Of a DNA stretch of 64,000 nucleotides, positions 50,378-62,340 are shown in pieces. A program made the position numbers and the translations under genes. Below the pieces are notes generated by a model that was not told the DNA's origin, did no database searches, and saw only the letters and a list, made by a program, of their open reading frames with translations. Each line of letters opens with the position of its first letter. Position 1 is the first letter of the stretch. Source of the stretch: Marsupella aquatica (lineage: Eukaryota; Plantae; Marchantiophyta). The stretch lies in assembly GCA_973895155.1 (NCBI GenBank), contig OZ316897.1, forward strand, positions 15,127,375 to 15,191,374, in the 5' to 3' direction.

Positions 50378-53300
50378 ACTCATGCATCCCAGAACGATGA
50401 GGTTTGCATTATTTTGACTACTATCGAGGGAAGTTTCTGATGCTTTCCTAAGGTTTCGATGTGCATCGAGGAGACTGTTGAATGTCCTTGTCTCAATGTT
50501 TCTGACGAAGTGGGTTTTACACTTTTAATTTCATGAAATGGAAGAAGAGCAAGAGGTAGTATATATCGCACTGCCAAAAAGATAGGAACGGGAGACATGT
50601 TTAGTGGTTTAGGAAGAGGAAGAGGGCCAGGCATCCCCAATGTTTCACACATGAGGAAAATTGCCGAGACACCGGTAGTTCGTTTACGTATGATGAGGTT
50701 TAATGGACGTGACAAACCGCTGGAGTTGGGACTAGCTCACTCTGTCAATATCTTAAACGTGTTATATTGAAGTTATTCCCTACTAAAGCGTGATCTTCGA
50801 TCGATCGAATCAAGAGCAGTCCCAACTGACGTCACCGTCATGGCCGAGGCGTGCATCTTTAGTAAATCAAAAAGCAGTTCTAACCGACGTTATCGTCATG
50901 CATGGCCGAGTCGTGCATATTCAGTAAATTTTGGTTTCACCTTGGTCTGTTGGGGTTGAACACTGTACATTCTTTGCCTCGAAAACAATCTAGCTGCCTT
51001 CAGCTATATATTATAGAATTGAGTGCACGCAACGCATTGTTTGGATGATCAATGTTGCCAGCAACCGAGACAGTCAAGCCCGGGAACTGCAGGTCATGTC
51101 CTGCCGAAGGGACTACCCGTAGAAGTAAATTTATCCATCCGCTCGAACTTTTCGATATGTTGTACTTTTGCTGGCGAATGAATAAGATCGTGTGCACGTA
51201 TGCGATTTATACTGTCAGGATGATTTGATGGTTTAAATTTACTCTACACGTTTTCTACTGCTGCTATAATCACACACAATTTCACACTGCGTCTTTATCA
51301 CACACTGCTTAAAATCAACGTCATCCTGTCCTCAAATAACTTGACATCTCACATGATGGGAATCAGAGTAGGCCTCCAAATACGCGTAAAATGATCAGAA
51401 TGGAAACTCCTGAACGATTGTGGCTGAACTTTCCAGCTTTACTTTGGCAACTGGAAATGGCCAATTAGCAGGAGTAGGAGAGTCTGAATGTTGAAGAAGA
51501 AATTTCGATGAAAAAGATGGATGGAAAATTGGCATCCGGCACTTAGGAGGAATGAAGAAAATACTGGTCTCTCTGAATCTCCTTGATTCATAATTGATCA
51601 TGAGAGGAGAACGCAGGCCACGTTTTACTAATTCCTGTCCTCCGATGACCATCGTCTGGAGGTAGCATTAGTAACCTGAGCATGATCAAGTCATCGACTT
51701 GTTTCCGAACATGATAATAATTATCCACAACGCTATACAGAATGAATGATGGCTCCCCACGTTATAGCATTCAGGCAAAAACGCGGACATACTGGTTAAC
51801 TATAACATGTACAAAATGATGGCTCACCACGTTATGATTATTCAGGTAGAAGCGCTGACAGACTAATTAACGATAACAATATCGCATTCTGCCGTGAAAC
51901 ATATTGAATCTAAGGCGTAATGTGTTTCTATTGAATAAGTTCTCGAGACATCTCTTGATTGTTTTAATCTAGATTCGTCATTGACAATCATTTCCTGAAA
52001 GTGCATGACACTAGTGAAGGAATTTAGGTTGGCTACACATTGACAACCATTTCCTGAAAGAGCATAAGACAGTAGAGAAGGAACCTAGGTTGGCTACACA
52101 TGAGACATGAGGGAAAATAATGCTTTACACAAGGACAAATAATGATCCGTCATGTCCCTTGGTTATTTTTAGAGTTTTTTTATTTTTTGGTGAATTGATA
52201 AGTTCGACTTACATGAAATTGGGCACTGATTTCATTTGTATAAAACAATTTTGACCCATTCCACCCAATCTTACATCGACTGAAATGGGTCCCCCAAAAT
52301 GCTTATGTGGAGGGTATAGTGCACGCCAAAGTTTGGACCACTTCTTAGGTGGCATTTAGAAGGGACAGCTACCCTAGGTCTCGTTTAATTCTGACCGTAC
52401 ACTTTTATATTACCCTAGTGCCTGACAACCCTCTTTGGTCAAGAGGCCAGGTGGAGCAGGTTTGGTGCACAACAAATTACGTCTTAGATTCAATATGTTT
52501 CACGGCAGAATGCGATATTGTTATGCCTGAATAATCATAACGTGGTGCAGGCTCCCAAGAGCTCGACATCATCACACAGCACTTATCCAACTAATCCAAG
52601 AAATGCATTATGCTAGAAGTGCACTTCCCTATGTTGTCAGGCCACACAATTGGATAAATGCATGAAACTACCTTATGTACGTGTCACTGCATTTATTGAT
52701 AAATGATTCTCATATATGCAGTGCAGTACATAATAGATATATGCATTTTGTACACTTATACACAGAAATGCACTTATGTATATATTGTTTAGTGCACATA
52801 TTTTGTAGTTTAGTGAGGTTGACCTGCACTTATGCAAACTTCCATTTTAAATGGTGCATTAACCAAGAGAATAATTGTATTATTAGGGGACATCTGTTTT
52901 TAGGAGAAGATGCTCAACACATTCTTTATCTGATTATTTCCTGAGTATCAGATCTCCCTAGATCGAAGGATGACATTTAGATTCTGGCTAACTAATGGGA
53001 CCTGTGATTAGGTCGGAAGGCTGGCTAATGAGACAAAAAAATACTAGGGAAGTTTTGCCAGAAATGACAAAAGCTTTTTTGGGAGATGGAATTTGGCAAA
53101 TTTTTGTCACTAAAAATAACACTTATTCCTTAGTTCCTTCCTTGATTCAAATCTTCTCAGCAGCAACAAAGTACCAGCCTCCCACTAAGTGGCACCAAAA
53201 GATGTCCACAAAATGCTCCCCCGTCCTTCATTTCTCTACCTCATAACTCCCAAAGCAGCAGGCCAAAACCCCCCAAAAGAACGCCACTGTTCACAGAAAT

Positions 53301-53541
53301 TGGTCCCCCTAGCTACCTTACACCAAAACTTTGACCACTCAAGTCAGAGAAATCCAGAAAGGTTGCTTCAAACTATCCTGTCCCCCCGGCTTACCTACCC
53401 CCAAAATCATTTTAATTGCTAGGTTGCAGCCCCCCATATTGTATATATATATGGGTTACATAATATGTTTTAGTTAACCCAGGGTGATTTCTCATTGGTG
53501 GACTCACACGTGGTGAGGCACTATATATATTGGCTCCGCCT

Positions 53542-53923
53542 TACCCTCACCGGGCTAGCTCTTTCCCATTTTTTGAATGAGCCTTGCACCAAACAGGGCT
53601 GGTCCATCCCCTTCTCGAGTTCTAAATCCTGATGACCCAGCTCGAATAAGGCGGTAGGCTCAAATGTGGGTTTGTTTACACATGGAAAATATGTATACTA
53701 TTGAGGCCTCTTTCCTTCAAAAAAGTGGGAGTAGGGTGGATCACCAAGACCCACGGATCATCAGTCCCCTATGGAGTGTGGCCAGGACCCCATTTTGAAG
53801 GGAAATTGCAGCACCCAGTCAACAAGGTTGTCAGGGTTGGGATTGAAACTTGCGAGGGGGAGGGGCCAGCCCTGGTTGGTGAGGTTTTTTCAAAAACTGG
53901 GAAAGAGCTAGCTAGGTGAGGGT
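53542..53923. repeat. ~95-bp diverged inverted repeat, possible MITE or fold-back element
   Basis: taccctcacc.ggctagctctttccca...cagggctgg at 53542-53638 matches the reverse complement of 53823-53923. Confidence 0.75.
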
Positions 53924-54551
53924 ATTTACGAAGAGTACCACAACTAGTGGGTAGTCGCGGGCGAGACGCCGGGGAAAGGGAAGAACGATGCCTAAGGCAG
54001 TGGAATGAGCTGCGTTGCAAGCGCTGGGCTCGCCTTCGAATTGACGTAGTGGCGACAAGAGATGCAGAGGCAGCCGAGTGGGAGGCCGCACATGAGAGAG
54101 GATTAAGGCCTCCGCTTGCTTGAAGAGAAGATGGAAGGATCGGTGAGTAGAACTAGGTTAGGAAGAAGAAATAGTTAGTTAGGATCAAGGTGGCCATTGC
54201 CCCATTCTTTGGACCAATTGTAAAGTATTTAAACCCCCGGACTGAAGTGGTTGGGGGGGACATTATTCAATTACATGGCGTGCATTCTTGCGAGCAGATC
54301 CGCATTGATGTGCAATGTTCTTTTCCCATTTCTATACATCAGTCCTAGTTGAATTCCCAATGGAGATTTCATTGAGGAAGTGAGATTCGGATACTAACAA
54401 TAGTGACAACATGAGGTTACTTTCCCCTGTATTGTAGACTGTCCAAAACGGGGTCAAGATTGGATAAGCTAGATCATTTTATGATTGTGTCTCGCCTACG
54501 ACAAGAGTAAGGATGAAGAGTTGCAAGGTTGAGTTGAGCTTAGGGGTCTAG

Positions 54552-56122
54552 CCCTGGGCCCTCAGTCTTAACTAATATGTGAAGGACATGTGAACGCTTG
54601 AAGGGAAGTTTTTATTAATTTTGAACTAATAATTATAATCATTACTGGTAATAAGGGAACTTTTAATAATAAAATGGAAATAACAAGAGGTAAACAGGAA
54701 AAGGGCCGATTATAGGGGTCTACATCTTCTACACGGTGTCTTGGGAATAGTGAGCTCTCAAGAACACGTCGGGTGCCTGGCTGCATGTGCTAATTATGCT
54801 ACTTATCACTTGTAAGAGACCTCATGCTTAGAACCAATTCCCTTGAGAGCCTTGTCCCCTCCCGGCCATTTCTCAAGTTCCTTGGGTTCCCTTGTGCCTC
54901 TTGCAATTTTCTCCAGATAAATTGGGTGGGAAGGGCGTACCCTTTTCTGCAAGGACTCCTAAGCACTTTTGGTACCAAGAGATATGTGCGATCTACTCCA
55001 GATAATGGCAATAACACCAGAGTAGTCGGGGCCAGGCCCACACTCCACAAATCTCTCCTCCAAGTGATAATCTTCTCTACTTGCTTCTATCAACTCTCGG
55101 CTATGATCTCTTTTCTATTACACTATTACGAACACACTCACATCCCTATCTGTGCATCTATATAGTATTAATGGATCCGACGACACGATAATTACAGTGT
55201 ATCCTTCTTCCCCAAACTTCTGTGTAAGAACCTGCCTAATATCTACCTTCCTCTTTACTATCAACTTAATGCTCATCGTAGAATGCAAATTCAGAATCTG
55301 CGGACTCTCATTCAAATCAACATTCATTTGACATTCATACTTCCTATTATGCTTACTAACTAAGAGAGGTTCAGCGGCAGAGTCATCCTACTTGATCACA
55401 GGTTCATGGACATTATATCTATGGTATTGGCGGCATAGCCAACCTTGCCAGATTCAAAGCTCCATCTTCAAGGTACTCGAGTGGTGGCAGTGCCTTCCAT
55501 GACCAAGAATCAAGAAACTTAGAACCCTTCCACCATAGAAACCGACGGCATAGGCCATTCCATTAGTTCTAGAACCAATGTTCAAGCATTCCTCCAATGA
55601 TGCAAATGCACACAACATGCACTCTATGCACTCTCTATCCTCACACTCATACACTTCAAATGCTGGAAAATTGATTCTCCTGGGAGGGCGAGCCTCCCTC
55701 TTATTTATAGTTGGAGCTAGGCCACGCTGGTCCCTTTACAAGAGTATCCTAGGAGATACTAGAATTAACTAGAACTTACTAGAACTTACTTTTTACCACG
55801 GTAAATTTTAGAACTCACTTTTTTACCATGATAAATTCTAGAAGTTACTAGAATTTACCTTTTTACTATGGTAAATACTAGAAATTACTATTTACTAAGG
55901 TAGATTCTAGAAGTTACTAGAATTTACATTTTTACTATGGTAAATTCTAGAAGTTATTATTTACTATGGTAGATCTTGAAAATTACCAAGACTTATAATT
56001 TTACTTGTTAAAACCCAAAATCTCCTTTTTACCACAAAAACCTCTACTTTTATATTTTCACATAAAACCAAGCTATTCTCCATATAATCTAATTCCCTTA
56101 CGACAACGAAGAGGGCCAAGGG
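54552..56122. mobile_element. hAT-type non-autonomous element, ~1.57 kb (same TIR family)
   Basis: Starts ccctgggccctcagtc and ends gagggccaagg(g), flanked by gggtctag on both sides. Its first ~185 bp match the 202-bp MITE at 57899. It has internal tandem repeats at 55760-56000. Confidence 0.75.
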
Positions 56123-56529
56123 GGTCTAGCTGGAATTTAACCTCTACGCTTTGTCTCTTGTCTACGTCCTACGGAATCCCCCATTGGACAAAGGCCTTCC
56201 ATACCTTGCACTAGGTAGAGTACGCACTATCCGAGGGTAGCTTAGGGGAAAGGAGGTAGTCTCCCCTTTTTCCCTATCCCCCGGGTGGTTCGGATACTGC
56301 CAGAAATCTTACCTCTGCTATTGAGTGTCATCTCGTGACCCTGGAGTCAGCAGTGGAGAGGTACTCGGTGGAGGTTCAGACGAGGTAGAGCGCTCTGAGT
56401 GGACGTCCAGGATAACCCAGACCAATCCTCGGGGGGGTCACTTCCACGGAAGTGGCACATCACGTGCGACGAAGTATAAGCCCATTTAAATAGGTATGGC
56501 GGAAGACTTCTGGTGGAAGAACACATAGT

Positions 56530-56620
56530 CCCTGGGCCCTCACTCTTACTATATTAAGTGAACCCCCTGAGAACAGACACCCCCCGTGTACCCCTTCTTA
56601 ATATTTTTGTTCACAAAAAA
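56530..56620. mobile_element. Left end of a fourth CCCTGGGCCCTCA-family element (right end not found)
   Basis: TIR ccctgggccctcactc plus a subterminal tacccctt..tatttt motif shared with the 42339 copy. Confidence 0.5.
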
Positions 56621-57589
56621 AAAATCCCTTGTTAATGTAAAAACATTATTTTTTCCTATAAAAATTTATCCTTTTGTAAATTATAACAGAGTTTTTCAAG
56701 GAATTAAAAAACCCTTGGATTTTTAAAAATTTTAAATATCATACTGAAACATAAAAGATTCTATTTTGCATAGGGGAATATTATGTTACACTGATGTTCA
56801 CGGTACATATTTTATATAGATCATAACAAAATTAGTACTAAAGATTTATAGTTCTTCCTAGAGTATATGACTATAACTCAAGCAACTTGTAGACCTCATA
56901 GAAATAAACTGAACTAGTACAAAGGCATTATTATGCTATGCTATATCCTTGGAGGAATAATTGCAATATATACTACTTATGTAAACTCCAATTGCTAAAT
57001 TATTCTATCTTGACTAAGAATGGTATGACATCAACCATTAACACCAAATGATAAGTAGAGTTTTTGGCAACTTCTTTCATGCAACCTGACACATCAAACC
57101 ACACATTAATCATATATATTCTAGATACAAAGTACTAATAATACGAAAAATGACTACTGAAAATTGTGGAGAGTAATACCATCAAATCTCCTTTGGCTGA
57201 AATTGTTACTTAGACATGGTGGGTGATTTTCCTGTCATCTCTGCAATCAAACAACTATAAGCACCGGGTACCCCCCCAACCCAATGACCAAGGGAGTACA
57301 CCACCCCACACACAAACACACCTGGCCTCATACCTGGCCATTTGATTCAAGGGAATTCAAAAGTAATCTTGTTTGTCTATGTGGGATTGATTCATGGGTT
57401 CCCATCAAAAGATATGGATTCAGACACTCTGGCTCTCCAAATTTTGTTGTGTGTTATGATTTCTTTTTCTTTCATAGTTGTGTACTTTCCATAGCCGTAT
57501 TGGTGTGCTTTTGTTAAAGAACCCCCGCAAACGGATTTTTAAGAGAAGTTTGCAAGGTTTGGTTGGTCATGTGAGAGACCAAAAGGAAG

Positions 57590-59690
57590 GTAGAACCCTA
57601 AACCCAACGCCCTCACCAATCCCAACACCCTCGCCTAAGTTCCTGTGGTGCCCGAGTGTCTCCATGGAACTCCTCAAGCAAGCAACTCGATGCCCCTTGC
57701 ACCATTCATGACCCCTCCCATACGGAGCCGCACTTGCTCCCTAACACGACTGTCGCTCAACAGTCCTCATTGTCTGTACAAGCAACCAAGTACCTCGGTA
57801 AGTAACCCCATAGGCGGGCCCATAGGATCTAGATTTCCCCTAGTCTAGTATCCTAACTCAAGCTCAACAGACTTTGGTAAGTAGGTCAGCAGTAGGTCAC
57901 CTGGGCCCTCAGTCTTAACTAATACGTGGAGGACGTGCGAACGCTCGAAGGGTAATTTTTATTCATTTTGAACTAATAATTATAATTATTACCGGTAATA
58001 AGGGAACTTTTAATAGTAAAATGGAAATAACAAGGGGTAAACAGGAAAATGGTTCGATCGTAGGGGGTCCACTTCTTTTACACGGAGTGAGGGCCTAGGG
58101 AGTAGGTCCTCCCATTGCCATAAGTTGGAACCAAAGCTGACACTGACTGTTCATCCAGAATAGTCCCTCTCTGGGTGAAGCTCGGGTTTCCCCTCGTACC
58201 TATCCATTTCCAACTGACCGTCCTACCCCTAGGACATGCTCATGGCCCAAGAACCATAATGGCCCCTACTCTAGCAACTAACTCCCGGTTCTCACCCCAC
58301 TGATGGCCTAGAGGACAAGTGCCCTTGGAACTCAACCTCCATGCCTACTTGGCCATATATGCTTCCCTAGGGCAAGCTCCTTTGGGAGACTAAACGTGGC
58401 TTGGCAGCTGCTTCAATAGGATTTGGCAAGCAGGCAAGATAGCCCCCGTAAACCGCAAGGACCCATGGCACCCCTAGACCCAGATGAGGTCAAAAATATG
58501 TACAATTCCTCCTTGAGAGCTTTCCAACACACCCAAGAAGTCCTCCAACGGACTCCTTGCTGGGAAGTTATCGTCGTTTTCGTTTGACGCTTTCTCTTAG
58601 TGTCGCGATCATCGCAACTCACGACTTTGATCAACCCTTAGTGCCCAGGGAGACACCACTCCCTTCATATATGCTTTTGGAGACCTGCCACCCCTGGACG
58701 TATTTTGGTCCCCAAAATTTGGCCCCCCACCTAGACCCCAACTCGCATGTAGTAGTGGACCTCGCCACCCAGCGCCCTCACCAATCCCAGCACTTGCGCC
58801 TAAGTGCCCTTGGTGCCCGAACGCCTCCACGGAATACCTCGAGCAAGCATCCAAGTGCCTCTAGCACCGCCCGTGGCCCCTCCCATACGAAGCCGCACTT
58901 GCCCACCTACACGACCGCTACTCAACGGTCCTCACTGTCTGCACAAGCAACCAAGCACCTCGGTAAGTAACCCCCACCGGATCTAGAACTTGCCCAGTCT
59001 AGCATCCTAACTCAAGCTCAACAGACGTTGGTAAATAGGTCAGCGATAGATCCTCCCGATGCCATAAGCCGGAACCAGAACCCACGCCCACTGTCCGTCC
59101 AGGACAGCTTCTTCCTTGGGCGCGGCCCGGGTTCCCCCTCGTACCTATCTATCACCAACTGACCGCCCTGACCTCAGGACATGCTCATGGCCCAAATAGC
59201 GTAGCTTGTCCTAAAGCTTGTCCCAAGCTTGTCTCAACACGCTGGGACCAAAATGGCCCCGACTCTAACAACCGCTCCCGGTTCGCCCCACTGATGGTCT
59301 AGGGACCGAGTGCCCTTGGGACTCAGCCTCCATACCTACTTGGCCTTGCCTCCCCAACGCAAGCTCCCTTGGGAGGCTGAACGCGGCTTGGCTGCTGTTC
59401 GGCAGGATTTGGCAAACGGGCGAGCTAACACCCGCAAACCACGAGAACCCATGGCTCCCCCACACCCAGCTGAGCTCAGGAGGGCGTAGGAAGATATTGT
59501 TGGGAAGATATTGCCATTTCCGTTTGGCGGTTTCCCTTAGTGTCGCGACCGTCGCGGCTCACAACTTCGGCTCGCCCTTAGCCCCCAGGGAGACACCACT
59601 CCCCTCATATATGCTTCTGGAGACCTGCCACCCCCGGACCAACTTTGGTCCCTAAACATTTGGCCCCCAACCCGGATCCCATCGCGCATA
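57590..59690. repeat. Tandem duplication of a ~950-bp GC-rich unit (copy 1 interrupted by a MITE)
   Basis: 57590-58745 and 58755-59690 are collinear (cgccctcaccaatccca...ctcggtaagtaacccc...ccagggagacaccactccc.tcatatatgctt). Confidence 0.9.
57899..58100. mobile_element. 202-bp hAT-type MITE with exact 8-bp TSD (AGTAGGTC)
   Basis: The TIRs are acctgggccctcagtc / gagtgagggcctaggg, with TSDs at 57891-98 and 58101-08. The paralogous empty site is visible at ~59037-59057. Confidence 0.92.
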
Positions 59691-59694
59691 ATGG

Positions 59695-60662
59695 GCGCGC
59701 CACCAACTGGCAATGCCCATAACTTTCTTGATAGGCATCCGCAAGCGGAGTGCCTTAGCCCGTTGTGACCGGGCCGACCCAGTGCTCATGCCTAGGCCCT
59801 CAGGTCTGATCGCCGCTCAAGGCCTTCGACCAGCCCAACCCAGATCGGGCCACAACTTGCGCCCCAAGCGTCCGTTGCCAATGGCATCAACTCCATTGGC
59901 CTTGGGCCCAAGAGGAGCTCACTCCCAAGCCCTCAGAACTCAAAGCCCATCCGACGGTCTGGTCTGCCATCCATGAGCTCGGCCCGTTTCCCCTTGACCC
60001 AACCAGCCATAGGCTAGTCCAAGTCCTTAGTGTGTGTCCCCAGCTTGGCCCCTTGCCTCGCTAGTGCCACGTCTCATTGCCCACAAGTCTCCCCATGCTA
60101 AGTCCTCCCCGGATGGCCTATCCGGGCCTGGACCATAAGGGAGCTCGGCGTTGGAGTCAGCGTCGTCGGAGCTAAGTGTTAAGGTAGTCGAGTTCCGTGA
60201 CTCATGTCTAGGGGCACCACCAACTGGCTATGCCCATAACTTTCTAGTTAGGCGTCCGTAAATGGATTGCTTTAGCCCATTGTGATCGGGCCAACCCAGT
60301 GCTAATGCCTAGGCCCTCAGAACTTGTTGTCGCTTGGGGCCCCTGAGCGGCCAAACTTGGGTCGGGCCGTAACTCGTGCCCCAAGTGTCCGTTGTGCATG
60401 GAGTAAATTCCATTAGCCTTGGGCCCAAGAGGAGCTCTCACTCAAGCCCTCAGAAGTCAAAGTCCTTTCGGGGGTCCGAACAATCGACCTTGAGTCTGGC
60501 CCTTTCCCGAGGCCCGACCAGCCCTCAACTAGTCTAAGTCCTTAGTGTGTCAACAACTTAGCACCTTGCCTTTGCCAATGCCAGGCCCAATTGCCCACAG
60601 GTCTCATGCTAAGTCCTCCCCATATACCCATTCCGGGTCTGGACCATAGACTGAGGAGCTTC
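59695..60662. repeat. Second GC-rich tandem duplication (~450-bp unit x2)
   Basis: caccaactggc.atgcccataactttct...catgctaagtcctcccc occurs at 59695-60145 and 60212-60662. Confidence 0.9.
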
Positions 60663-61684
60663 CGGATAATTTCTTTTTGGTTCATTATTTGTGGGAGTGT
60701 CCATACTTGTTATATAGCATTGCAAGAAACACAACTGGTTTTGTTTGTTTGTCATTGCAAACATCATAGTTTTTTGGTGTCCTAATTTCAAATTTTCTTA
60801 AAATTCACCATTGTTGGGTGAACTATACTTGTTAGCATTTCAAGAAGCACAAATGGTTGTGTCCGTTTGTCATTGCAAACATCGTAATTTCTGTTTGTGG
60901 CGTAAATTGCTCGATCATGTGATTGACACAACCAATTTTGGAATGACTGGTCATGGGAGTCAATAACCACTATATTAATAAGGGATCCCTCCAGAATCTA
61001 CACAATCATGACTCTTCTGTTAGTTTACAAGATTGGAAAAGGAAGAGCCAGATGTGTATTATTTATTGTTTTTGACACCCTCAGATTGACTAAAAGGGGT
61101 TAAACCCAATTTTGCTTAGTTTTATACTACGTAATTAAGTACCAGGTATATACATGTCCTGACTGAAATTTTTTCTAACAACTAACCCCACTAGACGGGA
61201 ATTATAAGAGTATACATGAGGGTTTTTGACATTTTGCTTTGCAGGAGGGGAATTTTCTTTTTATTCCCTGATGCCTTTTTGTTCTCTTTTTCAATCATGT
61301 TCCAAGAGGGAGGGAGAGAGGGAGGCAGTGAGCATGAGAGAGCCAGATTAAAAGCCAGGAGAGAAAGAATGAGGTGGAAGGGGAGAGGGGAAATTGGAAA
61401 ATCTCCTAAAATGTACTAGTGAATGCCCCGTTTTACAAAATGAGTTTTGGACGAGACTCAATCCTACATATTCCATGAACATGAGAATTTCATGACCATT
61501 GACGGAATGGATACTCACAAGGAATACGGATGCTTTATTGAATGCATGGAATTGTTGAATTTAGAACGTACTGTGTATTCTTCAAAATTTATAGATTTGC
61601 AAAATTCTCTAACTTGCCTCCATGCATGTAAAACAGCTCTTCTCCCTAGTGAGCCTTGTTCATGAAGTCTTGAACAGTGCTTTG

Positions 61685-61687
<3 letters not shown>

Positions 61688-61739
<52 letters not shown>
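61688..61739. repeat. (AT)26 microsatellite
   Basis: Perfect dinucleotide run. Confidence 0.98.
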
Positions 61740-61741
<2 letters not shown>

Positions 61742-61943
61742 CTCGAAGTAAAAACGTTGCTTGATAGGATTGAAGGTTCTTTGCCATGTCAAGGATCGGA
61801 AATTGTTCTCGAAAACGCCTTTTCTTAGAGTCCAAGCTTTGTGGCCATCTTCCACAGTTCGACGTCCTCCAGTTTGTCATCCTGCCAGCTCAAAATCGAG
61901 ATGGTGTAGCCCATCACCTTCTGTACGGAATTATTCAAGCAAT

Positions 61944-62340
61944 CGGTAGGATCCAAGACTGAGTAAATCATAGCTCAAAGTCAGGGCAATGACCAAAACA
62001 AATGCATATTTCCCTTTGGATTTCTTGGCTTCACGCAGACTACGTAAAAACATAGCAATATTATTCGGTTAACCAAGGAATCACTAATACCCAGGACTGA
62101 GTCAATCATAGTTCAACGTCACGACAATGACTCAAATAAATGCATCATCCACTTCGATTTCTTGGCTTCCTGCAGACTACGTAATAAACATAGCAATATA
62201 TATAATTCTGTTAATTAAGGAATCGGTAGGATCCAGGACTGAGTCACTCATCGTTCAACGTCACGACAATTACTCAAACAAATTCATCCCCTTGGATTTC
62301 TTGGCTTTCAACAGACTACTTAAACAAATTGACAATATAA
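61944..62340. repeat. Tandem repeat, three ~135-145 bp units
   Basis: cca.gactgagt.aatcatag.tcaa.gtca...gatttcttggctt...cagactac occurs three times. Confidence 0.85.

Noticed and set aside
61515-61880. ORFs containing YIYIYI runs
   Set aside because: They are translations of the (AT)n microsatellite.
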